From Halomicronema hongdechloris C2206 (GTDB lineage: Bacteria; Cyanobacteriota; Cyanobacteriia; Phormidesmidales; Phormidesmidaceae): a stretch of DNA of 32,000 nucleotides. Below the pieces are notes generated by a model. It did not search any database, had not been told where the DNA came from, and was given only the letters and a program-made list of their open reading frames with translations. Both the position numbers and the translations under genes were made by a program. The stretch is taken from assembly GCF_002075285.3 (NCBI RefSeq), contig NZ_CP021983.2, forward strand, positions 5,490,001-5,522,000, read 5' to 3'. Positions 16,300 through 24,364 of the stretch are shown in pieces (position 1 is the first letter of the stretch; every line of letters begins with the position of its first letter).

Positions 16300-17004
16300 C
16301 AACGCCCCCAGTTCAAAGACCTCTCCCCCACCCTCCGAGCCGACATCAGATCCCTCTTCGGCAGTTACCAGCAAGCCTTTACCGCCGCCGACCTGATACT
16401 GATGAGCCTGGGGCGGACTAAAATGATTGCTGATCGGTGTCGTCAGAGTGCGTTGGTCGGAGACCGGTCCGGTAGGACCATCGGGCAACAACGCCTCAAC
16501 TCCCTGTGGGTGCATATCTCAGCCTTAGATCAACTTGACCCGCGGCTGCGCCTCTATGAAGGCTGCGCCTCCCGCACCATCGGACACCCCGAAGAAGCCA
16601 CAGTAGTGAAGTCCCACGTCCAGAAACCCCAGATCACCTACCTTTTCTATCCCGACTTTGACAGAGAACCGCACCCGGCCTTGCACACCAGCATGGCGAT
16701 CGCCCTGCGTGATTTGCATGTCCGCTACCGCGACTACGACCAGGAAAACCCGCCCCTGCTGCACCAAAAAGATCAGCTCATCACAGAGGACTATCCCGGC
16801 TACGCCAGGTTCGCCAAACTCAGCCAGCAAGAACGCAAGTGGGGCCTGTTGAAAGATAGTAAAGCGATCTACGATCTGCGTGGTTGGCAGCAGTGTCTAG
16901 CTGATTGCGGAGCCGAGTTGAGAGACCATCGGCTGGTCTGGCGTCCAGATGCGACCGAGTATCAGAAACAGGCGGTGACCATTCATTCTCAGTCCGAGCA
17001 TTAA
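16300..17004 (+). pseudogene. C-terminal ~235-codon fragment of a methyltransferase family I recall as 'DNA phosphorothioation-associated putative methyltransferase' (copy A)
   Basis: QRPQFKDLSPTLRADIRSLFGSYQQAFTAADLILMSLG...LWVHISALDQLDPRLRLYEGCASRTIGHPEEATVVKSH...ITYLFYPDFDREPHPALHTSMAIALRDLHVRYRDYDQENPPLLHQKDQLITEDYPGYARFAKLSQQERKWGLL...HRLVWRPDATEYQ. No N-terminal SAM-binding half and no plausible start codon; a TAA lies at 16297-16299 in frame. Confidence 0.6.
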
Positions 17005-17046
17005 ACTAGAATCAAGTTCACGGGTTGCGATCGCGAGCATCAAGCT

Positions 17047-17686
17047 ATGACTCTATCGACCTCTCAGATTCAAACCGATACTTGGGTAAAAGCTACCTGG
17101 GAAGAGTTTGCAGCGGCCATGGACGATCCGCAGTATGAGAAAAGTCGCGGCTACTTTGACAATGGCTACATGAGGATTGAGATGGCTCCGCTCGGGTCGA
17201 GGACATGCGCGACAAAACACACTGATTTCTCAAGTCATCAGTCTTTATGGGATGCTTCGTAACCTTCGGGTTGTCGGCTTAATGAATTGCAGCATTTATA
17301 AGCCTGGGGAGCGAGGTTGTCAGCCTGACATGGCTTTCTACGTTGGAGCAGATTTTCAGATTCCGCCTCAGGATAATGCACCGATTGATGTGAATGTATT
17401 TGGGCCACCCACCTTAGCGGTCGAGATTAGCGGTAGCACCTTTAAGGATGACTTGGGTGCGAAGCGGTTGCTTTATGAGCGGTTGGGCGTATCGGAGTAC
17501 TGGGTGGTGAACGTCGCCGAACAGGATGTGATTGCCTTTGCTGTTGCCGATCAGCGCAGCGGTGAAGTTCAAATGTCAGAGGCGTTGTCAGGGCTAGAGG
17601 TCAGCTTGGTGGAAGAGGCGCTACGCCGCTCCCAAACCGAAGACGACAGCACCCTCATGCGTTGGCTCATGAATACATTGCAGTGA
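17047..17686 (+). pseudogene. Uma2-family endonuclease, frameshifted near 17194-17198
   Basis: ORF 17047-17262 (..GYMRIEMAPLGS) and ORF 17177-17686 (..GRGHARQNTLISQVISLYGMLRNLRVVGLMNCSIYK..CQPDMAFYVG..GPPTLAVEISGSTFKDDLGAKRLLYERLGVSEYWVV) together form one Uma2 protein. They are split by a 1-nt indel at a GGG run, which could be a sequencing error. Confidence 0.7.
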
Positions 17687-17725
17687 AGCATCCTCAAAGA
17701 CCTAATTAGCAGAGGATGAGTTCTG

Positions 17726-18244
17726 ATGCTTGACGTTGACAAGGTGGCCGCAGTTGCCCAGTCTCACTCCCCGCAAGAGCTCATTGCCGCTTTGGTATGG
17801 CAGCGACGGTTTAACGAGTTTGACGGTCAAGAGGTTATCACCGATTTCGCTCAGCATCCCGAACTCTGGAAAAGTTTTCTCTTCACCAAGCCCATCTACG
17901 CCCCCGACAAAGACGGACTGAGTTTTAACGGCATCTTAGATACCCTACTGGCCATGGCCAACTATCGCCCGATGTCAGAGACGAGCATTCTGCACTTTAT
18001 TCCCTATCCTGCCGACACGCTGTACGTGCTGACCGAAAACCAGGATGTTTTAGTGGCTCAGCTGATGGATTTGGGCAAAAAGTGGCGAGCCGACGTGGTC
18101 GATGTGTGTGACGGCAATGACCTCGAAGAAGAGGAAGACTGGGAATTTCGGGACTATGTTGCCCTCCGGCTGCGAAGAGGATTGTGGGGCAAAACCTTTG
18201 GCGGCAAGCAAGATGCCGTCGTGATTTCCTTCTGGTGGGATTAA
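17726..18244 (+). CDS. hypothetical protein, 172 aa, acidic patch (DLEEEEDWEF)
   Basis: Clean ORF with a GAGGA-type RBS a few nt upstream of the ATG. I do not recognise a family. Confidence 0.55.
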   Translation: MLDVDKVAAVAQSHSPQELIAALVWQRRFNEFDGQEVITDFAQHPELWKSFLFTKPIYAPDKDGLSFNGILDTLLAMANYRPMSETSILHFIPYPADTLYVLTENQDVLVAQLMDLGKKWRADVVDVCDGNDLEEEEDWEFRDYVALRLRRGLWGKTFGGKQDAVVISFWWD

Positions 18245-18321
18245 GATCCAAACCCAATACCGCACCTATTGCTTTGTTGAGCGCTTCGTAAACTTTCGAG
18301 CGTTTTCGAGCAAGTTGGTTT

Positions 18322-19605
18322 GGCTCTCCTGGGATAATTATGCAGCAGCAGGAGAAAAATGCCAGCAGATGAGGCAGCGGAGCCGAAATCGCTCAAAGTT
18401 GGTGAACCCGTAACCAGAGCGCTTGATCAACTTTAGGCGAGTATTGATGCCTTCGACGACACCGCTTGTGGTGCGGTGTTCAAAGTACTGGAGGATTTCG
18501 CCAAACCATCGCTTCATCGTTGCCACAGCCTCGGGGTAGAGGGATTGCGCGGTTCCCATCCAGCCCAGGAAACCCGGCAGGGCTTGAGCCCAAGACTGAG
18601 CCTCAAATAGAGTCCTAAAGGCTTCTTTGGTCTGATGCATCAAGGCGAGTTTCGGCGAAACAGCTTTGACCTCAACGAGCTTGTCCTGCTGGGTCTTGGT
18701 GAGATGGGCTTCTGGCTTGAGGAGGGCATACTTACTGGATTTGAGCGCTGCTTTAGCCGCCTCAGGAGTGACGCCCTCGGCTAAAGCCTCGGGTGTCCGC
18801 CGGAGGGCGTTACGGGCTTGATTCAATTCCTGATTGACCAGACTCATGACATGGAAACGGTCGGCCACAATCTCGGCTTGAGGCATCAGGCGATGCACTA
18901 AGCCCCGGTAATTGCCGGAGAGATCCATGCTGACTTCTTCAATGTTTGAGAGCACTTCGGCACCCCAGGTGTTGAGCACGGCTTCAATCGCCGCATGAGT
19001 CCGCGCTGGAGCCATCCCAATCAGCCTGTGAGTATCGAGGTCACTCAAGACCACAGCAAAGTCCTTGTGACCTTTACGTAGCGCGATTTCGTCGATGCCC
19101 AACCGCCGCAATCCACTCAAGTCAATACAGACTTTTTTTCGCTGACATACTCCACCATGGACCAGACGATATCTTCGCTCAACCCGTGCTGTCGCGCCAC
19201 ATTAGCCGTATTACTATGAATCACCTCACTCACCACCACCTCGGCATACCGGTCCGTGTACACCCGACGCGCGCCGACAAACTCCAGCTCCTCGCTGAAG
19301 GGTTTACCGCAGGTCGAACACTTAAACTGGCGGCGATTCACCCGTAACCAGGTCTTCCGGTAATGGCTGATGGGTAGGTCACGCACCAGGTAGCCATGAT
19401 TCTGATGGAGGTGGTGGCTCAAAGTCCCGCAGCGAGGACAGATTGCTGTGTCCCTGTGCGCTTCTACCTCCAGAATCAAGCCATCCTCGCTCTCCTGGTA
19501 TGACTCCACATCAATGCCAGACAACCCCAAGAGTTCACTCAAGAGAGGTACCATAGCGATACGGTATAGCATCTACTACACCAGCATACTCATTCCTGCA
19601 GAGCC
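18322..19605 (-). mobile_element. ISL3-family insertion sequence, 1284 bp, with a perfect 8-bp target-site duplication
   Basis: Terminal inverted repeats are GGCTCTCCTGGGATAATTATGC (18322-) and the complement of the right end, GGCTCTGCAGGAATGAGTATGC (-19605), matching 17/22. Direct repeats GTTGGTTT lie at 18314-18321 and 19606-19613. Confidence 0.85.
18338..19572 (-). CDS. ISL3-family transposase in two overlapping frames (zf-ISL3 part 19117-19572; DDE part 18338-19120)
   Basis: The upstream frame has CPRCG...KCSTCGK zinc-finger motifs and ends ...YVSEKKSVLT*. The -1 frame continues KKVCIDLSGLRRLGIDEIALRKGHKDFAVVLSDLD...VSMDLSGNY...IVADRFHV. The frames overlap at an A7G run (complement of 19132-19139). 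Confidence 0.8.
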
Positions 19606-19643
19606 GTTGGTTTTCACTAGAGAAAAGTGACGGGAGAAAGCCT

Positions 19644-20355
19644 GTGTTTGGTCTGGATAATCTGATAAATATGCTCTTCGAGACGGCGATGGGAAGCATC
19701 AACCGCAATGAGCGCGTCATTCAGCTGCTCAAGCGGCTCAATCTCGACCCTGACCATCCGCCTGCAGACTTCACCGGAGTTTATCAGTACGCCCTGGTGG
19801 AATATGGCGTGGGCAAACCGCGCTCAGTGCTAGAAATCTTTCGCCAAGCCGAGATTCAGGAACTCTTCCGCGAAGCCCTGGAGCGCAACACGCCCGCCAT
19901 TTTGCTGAAGAACGGCGAAGCCTTTCTCGCCGACCATCCCCTTCAAGCGGATCTCCAGGCCAATAATGTCGATATCCGACGCGAGTTTTACGCCTTTGCG
20001 GCGGTCTTTATTGAAGTGGCTAAACGCACCCGCACTCCCGCTGAGATTCTGGCGGAGCAAAAGCTGGAATCCCTGCATCGCCAGATTGGCGGCCTGCAAG
20101 AGCGGCTAAATCGCCTGCCGACCATAGAGGGAATCCGCACCGAAATGGCTCGGTTGGCGGCTCAAGAATATCCCGCTTTACCGGGAACGGCGATCGCCCC
20201 CGAGACCTTCAGCGCCGAACAGTGCAGAGCCTTTGCCCTAGCCCAACAGATGCGCGGCTGGTTCGAAACCTTGGGCTTTCGCTTCGAGTCTCACGAAATC
20301 TGGCAAGAAGACGCCTTTGAATGGATTATCAACATTCCTGTGCGGCGAGGGCGGT
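19644..20355 (+). pseudogene. N-terminal ~237-codon fragment of a STAND/NACHT-type protein with a restriction-endonuclease-like N-terminal module, truncated
   Basis: ...RAFALAQQMRGWFETLGFRFESHEIWQEDAFEWIINIPVRRGRYD matches the start of the Mrr-like module seen at the N-termini of cyanobacterial NACHT/WD40 proteins. After RYD the frame runs into unrelated sequence (methyltransferase fragment B read out of frame). GTG start at 19644. Confidence 0.45.
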
Positions 20356-20664
20356 ACGATCACCCTCCGCGATCTGCACGTCCGCTACCGCGACTACGAC
20401 CAGGACAATCCGCCCCTGTTGCATCAAAAAGATCAGCTCGTGACCGAGGACTATCCGGGCTATGCCAAGTTCGCCAAGCTCAGCCAGCAAGAGCGAAAAT
20501 GGGGATTGCTGGAAGACCCCAAGGCCATTTTTGATTGTCGAGGTTGGGAGCAGTGTTTAGCCGAGCATGAAGCGGAACTCAGGGGGCATCGGCTGGTATG
20601 GCGTAAAGATGCCACCGACTATCAGAAGCAGACAGCGGCCATTTATTCCCAGTCCGAGCATTAA
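20356..20664 (+). pseudogene. C-terminal ~100-codon fragment of the same methyltransferase family (copy B)
   Basis: TITLRDLHVRYRDYDQDNPPLLHQKDQLVTEDYPGYAKFAKLSQQERKWGLLEDPKAIFDCRGWEQCLAEHEAELRGHRLVWRKDATDYQKQTAAIYSQSEH*. It aligns without gaps to 16696-17004 at a constant offset of 3660 bp. Confidence 0.65.
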
Positions 20665-20694
20665 ACTAAGGGCAAGTTCAACCGCACGATAGCA

Positions 20695-20817
20695 GATCAA
20701 CATAGTGGCGAAGTGCAAACCTCAGAAGTGTTACCGAGGTTGGAGATAGCTTTAGTGCTGGATTCAGCGGTTATTGACGCTTATATCTATGACCAATCCC
20801 AATCAAGTCACTCCTAA
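20695..20817 (+). pseudogene. 3' tail remnant (41 codons) of a Uma2 gene
   Basis: DQHSGEVQTSEVLPRLEIALVLD... parallels DQRSGEVQMSEALSGLEVSLVEE... at 17549-17620. The rest of the gene is missing. Confidence 0.4.
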
Positions 20818-23553
20818 TCCTGAAGATAATGACCAATCTGCTCAATCGCCTCCACTAGAATCTACTGAAACTGAGGAGCCCCAAGGTGAAGCATCTCAGA
20901 ATCCAGAAGCGTCCATCGCCTTAGCCAACATTAGTGACCAGCTGTCTGAAGCGGATTCATTAGGGTTTCAGCCCTATGTGTTGGCGATCGCCGAGTTTTT
21001 GACCAGTGAGAAAACCCAGCCGCCGCTGACGCTCTCGGTTGAGGGAAAATGGGGCAGTGGCAAGTCTTCCTTAATGAAGCAGGTGCAGCTAGAAATTGAG
21101 CGCATCGAAGAGAACAGGCATAGGCCTAAGCCCAAGACAGTATGGTTTAATGCCTGGCGGCACGACAAAGTGGAAGCCCTTTGGGCGGCGTTTGCTCTGG
21201 AGTTTTTGCAGCAGATCACGACGCCCCAAACCATGGGTGAAAGATGGTCGATCTGGAAGGGTAGTTGGAAGCTGTTTTGGCAGCGGCTTAAGTGGCGTGA
21301 AAACTGGGGAGACTTAATTCGTATTCTTTCGTTGAGCGTGTTCTTTGTCAGCTTTGCGGTGGCTCTCCCGGTGCTTGTTTGGCGAGTGGGGCTTGATGGC
21401 GTCAATCAACTGTCAGATCAAATTGTCTGTCGGTTGTCGCCTCAATCAGAGACTGAAAATAGCGACCCGTCAGATACAGACAACAGCAACCCGCAAAATT
21501 CGGAAGCTTGCTTAAATTTTGAAGCAGATCGATCAACATCAGGGTCTATCCTGAATTGGCTCTTGTTTTTAGGTGGGTTTGCGGGTTCGACAACCGGCTC
21601 GCTAGCTTTGCTTGTTAAGTTGGGCGAGATTGTTGGCAACCCTAAAAACGATTTGAAGCAATACCTGGAAAGTCCTGACTATCAAGGGCAGGTCGCTTTT
21701 ATTGAAGAGTTTCACAGAGACTTTGCAAAAATTGTGAGTGCCTATGCAGGTAAAGGTAGCAAAGTCTATGTGTTTATTGATGATTTAGACCGCTGCGAGA
21801 TGGCCAAAGCTGCCGATTTGATGCAGGGGTTAAATTTGATGATTGCCAATGACCCACATCTGATTTTTATCTTGGGGATGGATCGCGAAAAAGTAGCCGC
21901 AGTCATTGCCTTAAAACAAAAAGATATTATGCCCTATTTGCAATCTTCTGCAATGGTTTTGAATGCGACTACTCAAGCCAGCCGAACCGAGCTCAGGGGG
22001 CTGGAATATGGCTATGAATTTATTGAAAAGTTTGTGCAGCTTCCCTTTCAAGTACCTCAGCCGTCTGAACGAGAATTTGTATCGTTTTTGGCAACCCTGT
22101 CGCCTCAGCAGCCTCTAGCTTCAGAGAGTGCCGTTTCCAGGCGAAAGCCTTTATTATCTAACAGCTGGGCTGTCAGGTGGAAAAAATTAACAGCATGGTC
22201 GCGGAGACGGCTAAACATTCCGGCGGAACCAGCAACCACCTTAGGAGAGTCAGAAACTGGGGCCAACCCGGTCAATCGGTCTGAAGAAATATCAGTAGAG
22301 TCAACGATTACTCAGCAAGTATATGACATTAAGTACACCAACGATTCTGAATTGGTGAAGCAGATTGTGCTGAGGATGGCTCCCATATTGGACTATAGCA
22401 ATCACAGTTGAATTTCGAACAGCATTCCATAGACTATAGGCTTTGTAAGCGATTCTCATTCTAAATTCAGTTAGGCTTGCTATATAACCCTCGGCGCATC
22501 AAACAGTTTATTAATTTGTTTCGATTACGAGTTTTTATTGCTGATAATACCGGGCTTTTCAATCAAGTAACTCACCCATCAGGTGCAATATATGAATTTC
22601 CCCTAACCCTGGAACAGCTCAGCAAATTTACGGCCCTGTGTATCAAGTATCCGCTCTTACGGGTAGACCTAGAAAAAGATGAGACATTACTGTCTCACTT
22701 ACAGAAGCGGGCTTTATACGCTGGCACGCAGGATACATCGAATAACGGCCATCAGAATGATGCCAATGGGGAACAAATAGCTAGTGACGCAGCGAGCCCC
22801 AGGGTGGAATACTGGATCAACCAGCCTCAACTGGCTCAACTGCTGCGTTTAGGCTGCGACACCTCAAAGGGGGACGACAATCAATGGAAAGACACCTACA
22901 GTTTTGAGACTGTTGATATTAAAAAACTGCTTCAGGTTTCCCCCCAGGTACTTCCCATCGATCGGGTTGGACTGCGCTCTGAAAAGGGGGTTGATTATCG
23001 TCGCCTGCGCGCTTATCTAAGGGCCAAGCGCTGGCGAGAAGCCGATGAAGAAACTTACAGAGTTATGTTAAAAGCCGCTGATCGAGAAGAGCAAGAATAT
23101 CTTGATATCGACGACATCAAACGTTTTCCCTGTGCCGATCTGCAAACTATTGATGGCCTCTGGGTTACTGCCAGTAATGACCGATTCGGCTTTAGTGTGC
23201 AGAAGCAGATTTGGATAGAGGTGGGTGGTAAGCTTGATTTCGTAGATGGCTACAGTGCGCCGATTACGGCAGGTAACTTTGTCGATTTGGTCAGCCGTGG
23301 CTTTTACGATGGCCTAGAGGTTGAAGATAGAGATGCCGTGTACGCGGCCTATGAAAAGATGAGCGATCGCAACGGATGGCGTGTAAATGGAGAGTACATC
23401 CGCTACAGTCAAGTAACTTTTGATACCTCAGCCCCGGACGGACACCTCCCTCGTGGACACCTCCAACGTGTGAAGGGAGTCGGGTTCGGACGGGGTGGGG
23501 TGTTGTTGGTTGTTCCTTCTCTCGCATCCAGACTTGTAAACTGTAGCAGATAA
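20789..23553 (+). pseudogene. KAP-family P-loop NTPase fused to a C-terminal GUN4-like domain, interrupted by an 87-bp MITE
   Basis: Walker A LSVEGKWGSGKSSLMKQ, two membrane helices inserted in the NTPase domain (ILSLSVFFVSFAVALPVLVW; ILNWLLFLGGFAGSTTGSLALLV), and Walker B VYVFIDDLDRC. The reading frame breaks after ...MAPILDY at 22396 and resumes as [19 protein letters not shown] at 22486 in another frame. The GUN4-like region is about 22969-23553 ([28 protein letters not shown]...[30 protein letters not shown]...[27 protein letters not shown]). Confidence 0.75.
22396..22482. mobile_element. MITE-like 87-bp element with TA target duplication
   Basis: Ends are TAGCAATCACAGTTGAATTTCGAA... and ...TTCTAAATTCAGTTAGGCTTGCTA, imperfect terminal inverted repeats matching 17/24. 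TA lies on both sides (22394-22395 and 22483-22484). Removing 87+2 bp restores ...ILDYNPRRIK... in one frame. Confidence 0.65.
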
Positions 23554-23585
23554 GCGCTCCAGCCCGATCCAAACGTTTTATTGCT

Positions 23586-23623
23586 AACCTCCTCCACACG
23601 GAAAATCAGGTGTTTCGGAGGTT
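23586..23623 (+). terminator. possible intrinsic terminator after the KAP::GUN4 gene
   Basis: AACCTCC...GGAGGTT imperfect hairpin followed by TGTT. The U-tract is weak. Confidence 0.25.
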
Positions 23624-23677
23624 TGTTACCTGGCACCGGGGGTCACGTCGTATCCGCAAATTGAGCAGTCCCAGTAG

Positions 23678-23713
23678 TTTGATGGGCAAAGGGCTCTGCC
23701 CGTGCCCATCAAA
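23678..23713. repeat. REP-like hairpin, 3' flank of the RAYT gene
   Basis: TTTGATGGGCA / TGCCCATCAAA forms a perfect 11-bp stem around a 14-nt GC-rich loop (AAGGGCTCTGCCCG). Confidence 0.6.
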
Positions 23714-23739
23714 CCCCTCGAATACCATGCTCCGCCTTG

Positions 23740-24270
23740 CTATTCCAATTCCATATCATCAAAAGCCGCAATAGCCTCCATATGGGTTCCCCAGTCGGCT
23801 TGGTAAAACCCTTGCGTAACCGCTCGATGAAACGAACTATAAGGCCAATCCGCAGGTTGCTCACAATAGCCGTGTTTCACCGGATTGTAGTGGATGTAAT
23901 CCAGATGCCGCTCCCAATCTTGCTGATCTCGAATCCAATGCTCCCAAAAGCGCCGCTGCCAAATGCCCTTTTCCCGCTTGCGTCGTTTAGAGTCATTCAC
24001 GCAGCCGTCTTTTAATCCGGCGGAAAACTTACGTTTGATAACCATCCAGCGTATCGAAAAATTATCGTCATCCTCGGGCAATCGCCAGAGAGTATGTAAA
24101 TGGTCGGGCAGTACTACAATGCCGTCAATAACAAAGGGATGTCGCTGCATTCCGTGTCTGAAAGCTGCTCTGAGACGATCGATATTGCGAATCAGCAACG
24201 GTTGACGGTTTTGCGTGACGACTGTGAAGAAGTACGTTCCTCCAGGGTGGTAATAGCGTCGGTAGTCCAT
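23740..24270 (-). CDS. REP-associated tyrosine transposase (RAYT, IS200/IS605-type Y1 HUH enzyme)
   Basis: 176 aa from ATG 24270: MDYRRYYHPGGTYFFTVVTQNRQPLL...VVLPDHLHTLWRLPEDDDNFSIRW...IWQRRFWEHWIRDQQDWERHLDYIHYNPVKHGY...WPYSSF. It has the HUH motif and the catalytic Tyr context. The upstream 72 codons of the track ORF are rejected. Confidence 0.85.
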   Translation of the reverse strand: MDYRRYYHPGGTYFFTVVTQNRQPLLIRNIDRLRAAFRHGMQRHPFVIDGIVVLPDHLHTLWRLPEDDDNFSIRWMVIKRKFSAGLKDGCVNDSKRRKREKGIWQRRFWEHWIRDQQDWERHLDYIHYNPVKHGYCEQPADWPYSSFHRAVTQGFYQADWGTHMEAIAAFDDMELE

Positions 24271-24281
24271 AAAGTAAATGG

Positions 24282-24347
24282 CTGATGAGCTGATGGGCAC
24301 GCTGCGCTTTGCCCATCTTACTGGGGCTTTTAGGCTCAGCTCATCAG
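24282..24347. repeat. nested REP-like hairpins, 5' flank of the RAYT gene
   Basis: The outer stem is CTGATGAGCTG (24282-24292) / CAGCTCATCAG (24337-24347). The inner stem is GATGGGCA (24292-24299) / TGCCCATC (24310-24317), sharing the core of the hairpin at 23678-23713. Confidence 0.55.
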
Positions 24348-24364
24348 TTAAATGAACTAGAGTT

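Noticed and set aside
16150-16314. A minus-strand open frame reading ..VVNDEKLARIRELIAAKTGPQKWDGTEHRGDEWLPEILPDGSVQPFLFPNR*, which looks protein-like.
   Set aside because: It has no ATG or GTG start (only an internal TTG) and I recognise no family. It overlaps the junction region of the methyltransferase fragment. It may be the 3' end of another truncated gene, but I cannot support a call.
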